From the IMG/VR virus record IMGVR_UViG_3300025117_000079, positions 1 to 55,213 of that record: a stretch of DNA of 55,213 bases. The stretch is one strand, 5' to 3'. The notes under the pieces were generated by a model. The model did no database searches, was not told the DNA's origin, and saw only the letters and a program-made list of their open reading frames with translations. Source of the stretch: a virus (Duplodnaviria > Caudoviricetes). Positions within the stretch are counted from its first letter, which is position 1. Every line of letters begins with the position of its first letter. Positions 36,242 through 45,334 of the stretch are shown piece by piece. Both the position numbers and the translations under genes were made by a program.

Positions 36242-36805
36242 ATGTATCTAAGACCTTCCTTGTCTTGTCTCAAAGGTCAATCTAATCTCACAGGAGTTGA
36301 AATTGGTGTGAACTGCGGTACAAACGCCGAATCTATGTTTATAAACCTTGATATTAAGAAGTTGTATTTGATTGATCCTTATTCTTTCTATTCTAATCAG
36401 CGTGGGTCTGGTTGTAATGTCACTGAAGAACAAAACGTAGAATGTAGAAAAGCGGCTCATGATCTACTTGCTCCTTACTCAGATAGGATTGAATGGATTG
36501 AAAAACCGTCTGATGTTGCAGTATTGGAACTTACGGAGTTAGAGTTTGATTTTGTATATGTAGATGGAAACCACATGCATCAATATGTTATGGCTGATGT
36601 ATTCAACTACTTTCAACTTATAAAACCAGGAGGTATGATTGTCTGTCATGATTTTGAATCTCCAGAAGTCAATAAAGGTGTAATGTCGGTTTTGGCTCAT
36701 TTTAGTATGAAGAATGGTAATCGGTATCATGTGCATGTAGAAGAAACTCTTGGTGGTCCTAGACCTGTATATGAAGCATGGTGGTTTAATCAGGTTGTAG
36801 TGTAG
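36242..36805 (+). CDS. class I SAM methyltransferase (Methyltransf_24-like)
   Basis: GVEIGV..G, IDPY, DFVYVDGNH, GG...HD. Confidence 0.85.
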   Translation: MYLRPSLSCLKGQSNLTGVEIGVNCGTNAESMFINLDIKKLYLIDPYSFYSNQRGSGCNVTEEQNVECRKAAHDLLAPYSDRIEWIEKPSDVAVLELTELEFDFVYVDGNHMHQYVMADVFNYFQLIKPGGMIVCHDFESPEVNKGVMSVLAHFSMKNGNRYHVHVEETLGGPRPVYEAWWFNQVVV

Positions 36806-36864
36806 CAGTAACACCCCGGCTTTGGGGGTCGGAATCGGAGGAGCGTAACCTCCCAACCTGACCA
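36791..36864 (+). tRNA. tRNA-Pro(TGG), non-canonical D/T loops, encoded CCA
   Basis: Acceptor CAGGTTG/CAACCTG, D GTGT/ACAC, anticodon CCGGC-TTTGGGG-GTCGG, T GGAGG-AGCGTAA-CCTCC, ACCA end. Confidence 0.88.
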
Positions 36865-36884
36865 TTTCTTATAAAGGATAAAAT

Positions 36885-37034
36885 ATGGAAAATGTAATTG
36901 AAGTATCTGGAGACAAATTGTGTGTTTGGGCATTAAGCAAAGACGGAATATGGTTGAAACTAGTAGAGGTAGAAATAAACCAATCTATTTGGAAAACATT
37001 CAGAGTGCCATTGCTGGTAAAAATTGAGGAATAA
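36885..37034 (+). CDS. 49-aa protein MENVIEVSGDK..., tandem paralog A
   Basis: Hand translation; aligns with the next ORF. Confidence 0.7.
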   Translation: MENVIEVSGDKLCVWALSKDGIWLKLVEVEINQSIWKTFRVPLLVKIEE

Positions 37035-37036
37035 CA

Positions 37037-37195
37037 ATGGAAACTGTAGTAGAAGCTCCTGGTAAAAGAATTTACATCTCAGCACTTGATAAAAACGGAA
37101 ATTGGCTTTCACTACTTGAAATGAACGTCTCTCCAGATATAAATAAGTTCTACAGATTGCCTATTCTGATAAAGGTTGAATCGAAGGAGAAGTAG
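37037..37195 (+). CDS. 52-aa protein METVVEAPGKR..., tandem paralog B
   Basis: Hand translation; AL.K.G.WL.L.E...R.P.L.K.E shared. Confidence 0.7.
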   Translation: METVVEAPGKRIYISALDKNGNWLSLLEMNVSPDINKFYRLPILIKVESKEK

Positions 37196-37196
37196 T

Positions 37197-37562
37197 ATGG
37201 TTGTAGTAAACAGATATTGTACACAATGTGGTGGATACCACGAAAATACTTCTGCTGGTTGTCCTTATTATCAAAATGATGATAAATATGATACTGTAAA
37301 ATTAGAGAGTACTTTGTGTCCGATGTGTAGAAAATTCCATCCACCACATGAAATGTGTAATTTTTATACTTCAGAACATACTTATGTTGTCTCAGTTCCA
37401 TCAAAACAACCATTCAAGTGTCCAGTTTGTAATGGTACTGGTCTAGTATCCAGACCCCAAGAGATTGCTGGTGATATAGATAGTTGGACTTCTAATTCAA
37501 CTAATCCTTACCCTTGTAAAGCGTGTGCTGGAACCGGCATTGTGTGGGGTCCAAATGACTAA
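37197..37562 (+). CDS. Zn-finger protein with DnaJ-type CxxCxGxG repeats
   Basis: CPVCNGTG, CKACAGTG, plus two C..C..H units. Confidence 0.7.
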   Translation: MVVVNRYCTQCGGYHENTSAGCPYYQNDDKYDTVKLESTLCPMCRKFHPPHEMCNFYTSEHTYVVSVPSKQPFKCPVCNGTGLVSRPQEIAGDIDSWTSNSTNPYPCKACAGTGIVWGPND

Positions 37563-37713
37563 AGATTGTTCAGTGCGTCGTAAATATAAATCTAAAAAGG
37601 ATACAGTAGAAGTCTGTCAACTATATAACTTAGAAGCATATAAATGTCCTATCTGCAAACAATACCATATAACAGTTTCTAAACTCATAAAGGATCTAAA
37701 AAATGACAGATGA
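37555..37713 (+). CDS. small Zn-binding phage protein
   Basis: AYKCPICKQYHIT. Confidence 0.6.
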   Translation: MTKDCSVRRKYKSKKDTVEVCQLYNLEAYKCPICKQYHITVSKLIKDLKNDR

Positions 37714-38389
37714 AGAAATTATCAAGTATGTAAAGTCTCTTTCTCCAGAGATGAAGTTGAATCGTGTAAACTTTACAAAATCCAAATGGTGTATTGAAAA
37801 CATTAAAGTCGGTGATTTTATAATTGATGCTGGTGCTTGTAGAGGTTGGTATGCTACTATCTACAGTGATCTAGTAGGAAGTTCTGGTAGAGTATTTGCT
37901 TTTGAACCAGAATTGAGAAACTTTAATTATTTAGTTCAAACTATAAAAGGTAACAATGTTTTTCTCATAAATGCTGCCTTGTCTGATTTTGATGGCAATA
38001 CTGTATTGTATACTAATGGTATTGAAGCTCATTCTATTTATCCAGGATATGGACATCCAGAAGAACAAACTGAAGTTGTAACTATAGATACATTCTGTGA
38101 AGAAGAGAAGATACCGAGGATAGATCATATTAAAACAGATGTGGAGGGTTGTGATTTTACAATGCTTCTTGGTGGTAGACATACCATAGAGAATTCTCCT
38201 AAAATGTCAGTTATGGGTGAATTTCACTGGACTAGGTTTAATATACCTAAAAGAGATGTATTTGACTTCTTCTCTACCAGAGATATGAAGATGTATGATG
38301 TACTCAATAATTTCATACCAATTACAGATTATGAAAGTATGAGTCCAGAAATGTTGGCAATGAAAGAATACACCGATACTAGTAAGTAG
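37703..38389 (+). CDS. FkbM-family methyltransferase
   Basis: DAGAC.G, AFEP, NAALSD, IKTDVEG. Confidence 0.88.
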   Translation: MTDEEIIKYVKSLSPEMKLNRVNFTKSKWCIENIKVGDFIIDAGACRGWYATIYSDLVGSSGRVFAFEPELRNFNYLVQTIKGNNVFLINAALSDFDGNTVLYTNGIEAHSIYPGYGHPEEQTEVVTIDTFCEEEKIPRIDHIKTDVEGCDFTMLLGGRHTIENSPKMSVMGEFHWTRFNIPKRDVFDFFSTRDMKMYDVLNNFIPITDYESMSPEMLAMKEYTDTSK

Positions 38390-38399
38390 GTGATATAAT

Positions 38400-38687
38400 T
38401 TGAAAGACAGTTATTTTAATGTAAGGGACAGCGAAGAGAATATAGCGACCTCGGAAATTCCTAATACAAGGCGTGATATGACCGCTATGCATGAATGGGA
38501 ACCTGGGGATACATTATATGGTACTCATGCAAATGATAGTGTGTGGTTGAAAGGTTATAAGAGAGATATAGAAAGTAAATTAGGAAAAGAAGACGATGAC
38601 TATAAGATACTACTTATAGACACATTGAAGCCAATTTTGCCGCAAATTGAAAAAATAACAGGAAAAAGGAAGAAGACTCGCAGATGA
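38400..38687 (+). CDS. hypothetical protein
   Basis: ORF with RBS. Confidence 0.6.
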   Translation: MKDSYFNVRDSEENIATSEIPNTRRDMTAMHEWEPGDTLYGTHANDSVWLKGYKRDIESKLGKEDDDYKILLIDTLKPILPQIEKITGKRKKTRR

Positions 38688-39229
38688 AACTTACATCCCT
38701 ACTATTAATTATATTTTTCCTTTCAGCTTGTGCTGTCTCGAATCGACAACAGATAGGCGAGATCAAAACCTTTAACTATGATTCAAAGACTAAATTTGAG
38801 GATCAATTTAAAGAAGTATTAGAGTTTTGTCAACCACGATTACAAGGATTTGAAGCTAAGTCTACTCATCAGGCCAAGCTGTCATTTTATATGAAACTGT
38901 CTGGATTATTAGCAGGATCAGTATTTGCACCAGCATTGATAGCATATGGGTCTACTTCTACTATTGCTATGGCTACTACTGCTGCTTTAGCAGGATGGGC
39001 TGGAGCATCACCTTTTGCTGGTGAGGCTTTAGAGGCGTCTGGATTGTCAGGTGCAGGAATAGCTGAGACCAGGAATGGTATTATTGCTGATATTAAGGAA
39101 TCACTTAAAAGAGCGGTAGATGGATCTCTACCAATAAAGGATCGTCGCAATGCACTGCTTGAAATTCAAGCAAGTTGCATTGCTTATGAAATTTCAGTTC
39201 CACATGTGAATTGGAATAATGAAAAATAA
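38684..39229 (+). CDS. lipoprotein with Ala/Gly-rich hydrophobic hairpin
   Basis: Lipobox LSAC after a hydrophobic leader. Confidence 0.7.
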   Translation: MKLTSLLLIIFFLSACAVSNRQQIGEIKTFNYDSKTKFEDQFKEVLEFCQPRLQGFEAKSTHQAKLSFYMKLSGLLAGSVFAPALIAYGSTSTIAMATTAALAGWAGASPFAGEALEASGLSGAGIAETRNGIIADIKESLKRAVDGSLPIKDRRNALLEIQASCIAYEISVPHVNWNNEK

Positions 39230-39247
39230 AGACGGAGGTCATTTGTT

Positions 39248-39739
39248 ATGTCAGAAGGTACTTGTCGTATTTGTGAAAAATCATACACTAATCTTTTACA
39301 ACATTTAAGATCTAAACACGGTATAAGTATGGAAGAGCACGATGCATTACAGCTAGAAAATTTGGATATCGAACCAGACACTACCATTAAAATGGAAGTG
39401 CAGGAAGAAACGCCGATTATGAGTGTGAAAGGAGAGCCGGTGGCTGAAACATCCATAACATTGCTCGAATATGTTTCGCAGCATGGTATGTCTAAAAAAG
39501 AATTAGACTTGGTAATTACGAATTACAAAAAGGGATTGCCCATTAGTGGTGTTATGGGTCTTGAGGTCAAGAAATCGAATGCTGCTAATGAGGCAAAATC
39601 TCTTTCCAGTCAGATGAAAGTACAAACTCATAGTCTGATGGTAGCTGAAGAGTTAAAAGACAAACACGGGTTCAAGGTAACTAATGTAAGGGGTCCACAA
39701 GGAAATACCCCTAAAACTTGGTTTCTTGAGAAGAAGTAA
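39248..39739 (+). CDS. C2H2 Zn-finger protein
   Basis: CRIC......LLQHLRSKH. Confidence 0.7.
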   Translation: MSEGTCRICEKSYTNLLQHLRSKHGISMEEHDALQLENLDIEPDTTIKMEVQEETPIMSVKGEPVAETSITLLEYVSQHGMSKKELDLVITNYKKGLPISGVMGLEVKKSNAANEAKSLSSQMKVQTHSLMVAEELKDKHGFKVTNVRGPQGNTPKTWFLEKK

Positions 39740-39843
39740 CTAACGATTTTAGTTAGCATAAATATTAACCAACGAGGCTTATGTTAGCCTGACATAAGGT
39801 TTCTTTTCCAACCCACATTGGAAAGAAAGCTCTAACAAAGGAG

Positions 39844-40164
39844 ATGATGTTCGTGGGAGACTCAAGGTATAGTTCTAATATTAAAGCGGGAGGATCTGCT
39901 GTCACTATCAGTGGGTTTAGTTCTGTAACTGCAACCAACATTACAGTGAGTGGTACTCTTACTGCTCCTATTGCTGCGACTACTTCTTATATTAAACTTG
40001 GAGATCATCAGTATATTCTTTTTGGTGGTCTAGCATATTTGGCTTCTATTGTTCCAGTGGCTACTGCCATCGATGCTAGTTGTCAGGGATCTTTGTATTT
40101 GAGTTCTGATGGTAAATTGGCTATTCTGGAATCAGATACAGCAGCCTCATTTATCCCGTTCTAA
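39844..40164 (+). CDS. Ser/Thr-rich putative virion protein, tandem paralog A
   Basis: Highly similar to 40180-40491. Confidence 0.7.
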   Translation: MMFVGDSRYSSNIKAGGSAVTISGFSSVTATNITVSGTLTAPIAATTSYIKLGDHQYILFGGLAYLASIVPVATAIDASCQGSLYLSSDGKLAILESDTAASFIPF

Positions 40165-40179
40165 GGAGTGTGATTTTTA

Positions 40180-40491
40180 ATGGGTGATAGTCGTTATACA
40201 TCTAATATACTCGCTGGCGGGTCTGCTGTAACTATTAGTGGATTTAGTTCTTTATCAGCAACTAACATCACAGTTAGTGGCACTCTTACTAATCCAGCTC
40301 CAGCAGTAACGTCTTATATTAAACTAGGAAGTCATCAGTATATTCTATTTGGTTCTGCTGTTCTTGCAACAACTGCTGCAAAAACAGCTACCGCTGTAGA
40401 TGCTAGTTGTCAGGGATCTCTGTATTTTAGTTCTGGTGGTAAGCTTTATATTATGTCTTCTGATACTGTAGCATCTAGTTTTCCATATTAA
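40180..40491 (+). CDS. Ser/Thr-rich putative virion protein, tandem paralog B
   Basis: GDSRY.SNI.AGGSAVTISGFSS, TSYIKLG.HQYILFG and DASCQGSLY shared. Confidence 0.7.
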   Translation: MGDSRYTSNILAGGSAVTISGFSSLSATNITVSGTLTNPAPAVTSYIKLGSHQYILFGSAVLATTAAKTATAVDASCQGSLYFSSGGKLYIMSSDTVASSFPY

Positions 40492-40533
40492 CTAGGTATT
40501 GAATGATTGATTCAGAGTTCATGTCCAACACAA

Positions 40534-40570
40534 AGCAGGGCTGTACAAGTTGCAGCCCTGCTATTTCTAT
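40534..40570 (+). terminator. rho-independent terminator
   Basis: agcagggctg/cagccctgct stem followed by atttctattt. Confidence 0.7.
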
Positions 40571-40591
40571 TTAAATAATTAGAGTTTTAAA

Positions 40592-41317
40592 ATGGAAGAT
40601 CGAAAACCTATTGGAAGAAAGAACTATGGTAGTATTCCACACCTTCCTGATAGTCGTATTGGTACAGGAGATCATAAATGCTCTAAAGGTCAAGCCAGAA
40701 TTGCAACTGAGAAGTGTAGGGATAAAAATGATGAAGTAATAGTACAGGAAAAATTAGATGGTTCTAATGTTGGTATAGCCAGAGTAGAAGATTCTATCTT
40801 TCCTTTAACTAGAGCCGGATATATAGCCATTTCTTCTCCATATGAACAACACAAACACTTCCATAATTGGGTATATGAAAATACAGAAAGATTCCTAAAT
40901 GTTTTGTCTGATGGTGAACGACTTGTAGGTGAGTGGTTGATGCAAGCTCACAGTACAAGATATAAACTCAGACATGAACCATTTGTAGCATTTGATATAA
41001 TGATTAAAGATAAAAGAATGATTTATAGTGATTTTGTAGATCGTGTTGGTGGTAAATTTACAATGCCGGCATTGCTTCATAAAGGTTCAGCAATTAGTAT
41101 TAAAGATGTAATGAGAATATTAGGTAAGTACGGATTTCATGGAGCATTAGATGAAGTAGAAGGTGCAGTTTGGAGAGTAGAAAGAGATTTGAAAACTGGT
41201 AGAGCTGTTGATTATTTAGTTAAGTATGTTAGACCAAACAAAGAAGACGGAATCTTCTTACCAGAAATAAGTAAGAAAGAGCCTGTTTGGAATTGGTATC
41301 CAAGTAAAAGAGGATAA
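40592..41317 (+). CDS. RNA ligase family nucleotidyltransferase
   Basis: YGSIPHLP, EKLDGSN, GEW, FDI, EGAVWR. Confidence 0.82.
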   Translation: MEDRKPIGRKNYGSIPHLPDSRIGTGDHKCSKGQARIATEKCRDKNDEVIVQEKLDGSNVGIARVEDSIFPLTRAGYIAISSPYEQHKHFHNWVYENTERFLNVLSDGERLVGEWLMQAHSTRYKLRHEPFVAFDIMIKDKRMIYSDFVDRVGGKFTMPALLHKGSAISIKDVMRILGKYGFHGALDEVEGAVWRVERDLKTGRAVDYLVKYVRPNKEDGIFLPEISKKEPVWNWYPSKRG

Positions 41318-41321
41318 CTAT

Positions 41322-42287
41322 ATGACTGAAGAAGAGAAATTTTATATAGATGAGCCTGTTGTAGTTTCTTTTGCTATTGGTGAATTGGGGTGGTTGTGTC
41401 AATATACACAAGCTAGATGGAGATTTTTAAAAGAAGAAGTTCATAAAGATAAAAAATTTATAGTTATGATGAATAAAAACTTTCATTGTCTTGTTCAGGA
41501 CTTTGTTAGTTTCACTATTGATTTACCTGAATGGTTCTATGATCTGAAATTAGAGCAAGATTGCTACGAAGCCCCACTTCCAGATTCTCCTCCTGGTTCA
41601 CTCACACCGCCCGATGTATATAAAAGATTGATCGAGTATTTCAGAACATTTTACAATAAAGATAAAGCAACTGAGATTTGGATGCCTAGAGGTTATACTA
41701 AAATTTTAGATTATCTTCCTGCAAAATACTACAAGTATTCTACTACTAAAGATTATACAGTACCTAAAACTATCTGCGTGTTCCCACGCGGACGGGCAAG
41801 AGCTGCAAATAGGAATATACCAGCTCATGTGTGGGAAGAATTTGTGCTAAAATTATCTAAGAACGTGCATATTGTTCTTGGAGGGGTTCCTAGTGGTTCT
41901 TGTTTAGCTGATTTTGAACATCCAAACGTAACCAATTTGATTTCTTATAATGGTGAGGATAAACTAGATAAGATTATTTGGCATCTTAATAATTGTTTGT
42001 TATCAGTATCTAGTCAGTCTGGATTAACTCATATAAGTTTGTTAAGTGGATGTCCCACATACGGGATCGGTCCAGAGAAGGAGAGGCATTCTGTAAAAGA
42101 AAATAGATTTTCGACTCCGGTGTCGTGGAGATTTCTGACGGACTATAGGTGCATTGACGCTCAAACTATAATATCAGATGTTGAGTCTTTTTTAGAGGCT
42201 TTAGCAAATCATGATAAACAGGAATTCCAAATCACCCTTACTAATGACATTAATTCATTAAATAATTTGATAGGAACGAAATGTTAA
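41322..42287 (+). CDS. GT-B glycosyltransferase, GT9 (heptosyltransferase)-like
   Basis: GELGW, VFPR...RN...W, SQSGLTHISLLSGCP (compare GT9 DSG..H.A..G.P). Confidence 0.6.
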   Translation: MTEEEKFYIDEPVVVSFAIGELGWLCQYTQARWRFLKEEVHKDKKFIVMMNKNFHCLVQDFVSFTIDLPEWFYDLKLEQDCYEAPLPDSPPGSLTPPDVYKRLIEYFRTFYNKDKATEIWMPRGYTKILDYLPAKYYKYSTTKDYTVPKTICVFPRGRARAANRNIPAHVWEEFVLKLSKNVHIVLGGVPSGSCLADFEHPNVTNLISYNGEDKLDKIIWHLNNCLLSVSSQSGLTHISLLSGCPTYGIGPEKERHSVKENRFSTPVSWRFLTDYRCIDAQTIISDVESFLEALANHDKQEFQITLTNDINSLNNLIGTKC

Positions 42288-43138
42288 CTAAAGTATGTAG
42301 TAAGTGTAAAATTGAAAAAAGTATAGAAGATTTTACAAGAGATTCTTCTAAAAAAGACGGAAGATATTCTTCGTGTAAAAAATGTAAAAGGTTACAAGAT
42401 ATTGACTATTCAAATAGAAATATTGAAAATAGAAAAGAATATAATAAAGAATATCGTAAAAATAATATAAATAAACTAAAAGAACAAGAAAAAAAATATA
42501 GAGATTCTCATAAATTGGAAAGAAAAGAATATATAGAAGAAAATAGAGAAAAAATAAAAATTCAAACAAGAGAATATGATAAAGAATATAGAAAGAAAAA
42601 TAAAGCAAGAATAAAAGAAAATAAAAAAATATATGATAATTCAATAGCAAAGTATGCTACATATTTTGAAAGATTAACTATAGTAGAATCTCCTATTTCA
42701 GATCCAAGTGGACAGTTAATGGTAAAATGTGCTCATTGTGAAAAATATTTTTATCCTACAAATTTACAGATAAGAAATAGAATTGAAGCTTTAAATGGAA
42801 AAGTACACGGAGAAAATAGACTTTATTGTTCAGATAATTGTAAACAATTATGCCCAATTTATGATCAAAATAAATACCCAAAAGGACAAAACCCTAATGA
42901 GAATTATAGAGACGCTGATGTTCAACGACAATGGCGTGAAATGGTATTAGAACGTGATGGACATAAATGTGTTAAATGTGGATCTACTGAGAATCTAATC
43001 GCTCATCATATTGAAGGAGTCAGATGGATTTCAATGGAAGCTGCTGATATTGATATGGGGGTTACATTGTGTAAAATATGTGAGCGTAAGGCACACTCAA
43101 TAGAAGGATGTTCATATTATGACATGCAGTGTAAGTAA
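42281..43138 (+). CDS. HNH endonuclease
   Basis: KVCSKC..., RDGHKCVKC...AHHIE...VTLCKIC. Confidence 0.8.
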   Translation: MLTKVCSKCKIEKSIEDFTRDSSKKDGRYSSCKKCKRLQDIDYSNRNIENRKEYNKEYRKNNINKLKEQEKKYRDSHKLERKEYIEENREKIKIQTREYDKEYRKKNKARIKENKKIYDNSIAKYATYFERLTIVESPISDPSGQLMVKCAHCEKYFYPTNLQIRNRIEALNGKVHGENRLYCSDNCKQLCPIYDQNKYPKGQNPNENYRDADVQRQWREMVLERDGHKCVKCGSTENLIAHHIEGVRWISMEAADIDMGVTLCKICERKAHSIEGCSYYDMQCK

Positions 43139-43436
43139 AAAATTATTACAAAAGATATGTCAGCACTTAACGAAATTATTTCCTCTCAGAAAGTGTGAGT
43201 TTTGTGGTTCTATATTTGTAACGTGGAATTGGTTTAGTTCTCTAGGAAAAATAAGAAAAGTAAAACTAGTAGATGTTGATAAACAATTTCCTTATGGAAG
43301 AAGTGTAGAAATTATACACGATTTAAAATGGAATCATGAATGCTGGATATGTAATAATGTTCAACACACTAACCACAAAGTAAGAAATGGTATTCCGTAT
43401 AAACTTCTTTGTTATCTTTTTAGATGGAGTGAATAA
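43119..43436 (+). CDS. hypothetical Zn-ribbon protein
   Basis: CEFC, ECWIC; start uncertain. Confidence 0.5.
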   Translation: MTCSVSKKLLQKICQHLTKLFPLRKCEFCGSIFVTWNWFSSLGKIRKVKLVDVDKQFPYGRSVEIIHDLKWNHECWICNNVQHTNHKVRNGIPYKLLCYLFRWSE

Positions 43437-44392
43437 TGAATAACAAACCAATTGTAATACTTGTGGGAGTCTTTGACCGTGGCTCAACAAACGTGGCGCA
43501 AGCTAAGGCATTAGTGAAACTTGGCTGTGATGTTATACCAGTATCATATAGAAGTATTATACAACAAAATGGGCCTGAGTATTTTCATAGATACATTACA
43601 ACTCTTGTTTATAATTATAAACCCTTTGTAGTAATATTTAGTAAGATAAATGGAGTACACCCACAAACAGTAGAAATATGTTCTAATCATGCACGGACGT
43701 GGTACTGGCTGATGGATTCAAATATCGTTTATAGAAAAATCAACGCACAAGAATACGTATCTCGTTGTCATTTTGCTAGTGCTACTGCTCCAGATGTTGT
43801 AGAATTATTTAAAGATATAAACCCTAACTCATTTCATATAACAGAAGGACTAGATACTGATTTTTTTAAACCAGTAGAACCTGTAGAAGAATTGAAATGT
43901 GACATTAGTTTTATAGGTACACAAACTCCAGAACGAGACGAGTATTACAAGGCTCTGAAAGAAGCTGGATTTAATGTTAGATTTTATGGTCCTCAATATT
44001 CTGGTCAGAATGTAGTAGATGAAGATTTTGCTAAGGTATGTTCTAGTTCAAAATTTGCTCTTAGTTTAAACACATACAATAATATAAAAAATTACTATTC
44101 TGATCGAATCATTAGACTTCTTGGGTGTGGTGTTTGTACATTTCATCTCGATACTACTGGTACTATTGACCAATACTTCAAAAATGGAAAGGAGATTGTT
44201 TATTTTACCGATTCTATAGATCTAATCACTAAACTCAAATCTATTTCAGACGAAACTGTAGCTAAGATTGCATTGAAAGGTAGAGATAAGGTACTTAGCA
44301 GCTATCTTTGGGAACACCAACTTATTAAACTCTTAAGAGTAGTGGAGAATGCAAATGCTGTACTTCAACAGACCTCCCACGTTCAAGAATAA
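43436..44392 (+). CDS. glycosyltransferase, CgeB/Glyco_trans_1_2-like
   Basis: DISFIGT...R, LSLN, SDR, F..GKEIVYF, IA..GR..V. Confidence 0.85.
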   Translation: MNNKPIVILVGVFDRGSTNVAQAKALVKLGCDVIPVSYRSIIQQNGPEYFHRYITTLVYNYKPFVVIFSKINGVHPQTVEICSNHARTWYWLMDSNIVYRKINAQEYVSRCHFASATAPDVVELFKDINPNSFHITEGLDTDFFKPVEPVEELKCDISFIGTQTPERDEYYKALKEAGFNVRFYGPQYSGQNVVDEDFAKVCSSSKFALSLNTYNNIKNYYSDRIIRLLGCGVCTFHLDTTGTIDQYFKNGKEIVYFTDSIDLITKLKSISDETVAKIALKGRDKVLSSYLWEHQLIKLLRVVENANAVLQQTSHVQE

Positions 44393-45323
44393 AGAAGGAT
44401 TACTTTTTGAGATACAAGACATAATCAATAGTAGATGGGTTGTAAATGGATCTTATACCAGAAAATTAGAAGAACATTTTAAAGAAAAATTTAATGTAAA
44501 GTATGTTTTAGCTTGTTGTAATTGTACAAATGGCCTGATTATTGCAGTAAAGGCACTTAATCTTCCATTAAACGCAATTGTGACCATTCCTTCGTTTACT
44601 TGGGGTAGTACTGAATATGCAGCTCTTTGTTCTACAAATATGGTTGAGTATGTAGATATTGATAAAAATACATGGATGATTGATGGAAAGAAAGTAAATA
44701 ATCATTATTCATATTGTGATGCTGTTATTGCTGTTGATGTGTTTGGTAATATGTGTAATATGAATGGATTAGATCCAAGTTTACCACTTATAATTGATGC
44801 AGCTCACGGTTATGGGTTATCAAAATTAGGACAAAGGGGAAGCATTGAAGTTGTTTCGTTTGCACATACGAAGGTAGTAACGGGGTTTCAGGGAGGGGCA
44901 ATCATAACCAATAATGAAATTTACTATAATAGAATGAAATCACTAGTTGAACTTTCTGCTAAAATGACAGAGATAAATGCTCTTATAGCTTTATATTCTA
45001 TTTCAGAATATGAAGAGAAGATTAAAACGAATGAAAGAATTATAGATGCATACAGATCGTTGATTAAAATTCCATTCAATGAGCAAGTAATACCGGAGGA
45101 AACAAATCATAGTGTATATGCTGTATTGTTTGAAAATAAAAAAGTAAGAGATAAGGTGGCAGAGAATTTTAGGAAGAATGATATTGAAGTTAAAATTTAT
45201 TATACTCCTTTAAGTGAAACAAAGAACACTAGTTGGGTTTATAATAGGATTTTGGCTTTGCCTACGTATGCTGATATGGAAAAGGATGTGGATTTTATTT
45301 GCAAACAGATGAATTCAATCTAG
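44349..45323 (+). CDS. DegT/DnrJ/EryC1/StrS PLP aminotransferase
   Basis: PSFTW, DVFGN, IDAAHGYG, SFAHTK..TG.QGG, LALP. Confidence 0.88.
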   Translation: MQMLYFNRPPTFKNKEGLLFEIQDIINSRWVVNGSYTRKLEEHFKEKFNVKYVLACCNCTNGLIIAVKALNLPLNAIVTIPSFTWGSTEYAALCSTNMVEYVDIDKNTWMIDGKKVNNHYSYCDAVIAVDVFGNMCNMNGLDPSLPLIIDAAHGYGLSKLGQRGSIEVVSFAHTKVVTGFQGGAIITNNEIYYNRMKSLVELSAKMTEINALIALYSISEYEEKIKTNERIIDAYRSLIKIPFNEQVIPEETNHSVYAVLFENKKVRDKVAENFRKNDIEVKIYYTPLSETKNTSWVYNRILALPTYADMEKDVDFICKQMNSI

Positions 45324-45334
45324 AAAGGGAAAAC

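Noticed and set aside
39844-40491. Near-duplicate genes as a DGR template/variable pair
   Set aside because: Differences are not adenine-specific, both are full ORFs, and there is no reverse transcriptase in the window
40538-40554. GGCTGTACAAGTTGCA as a sigma-54 promoter
   Set aside because: Spacing is one base long and it lies in a terminator stem
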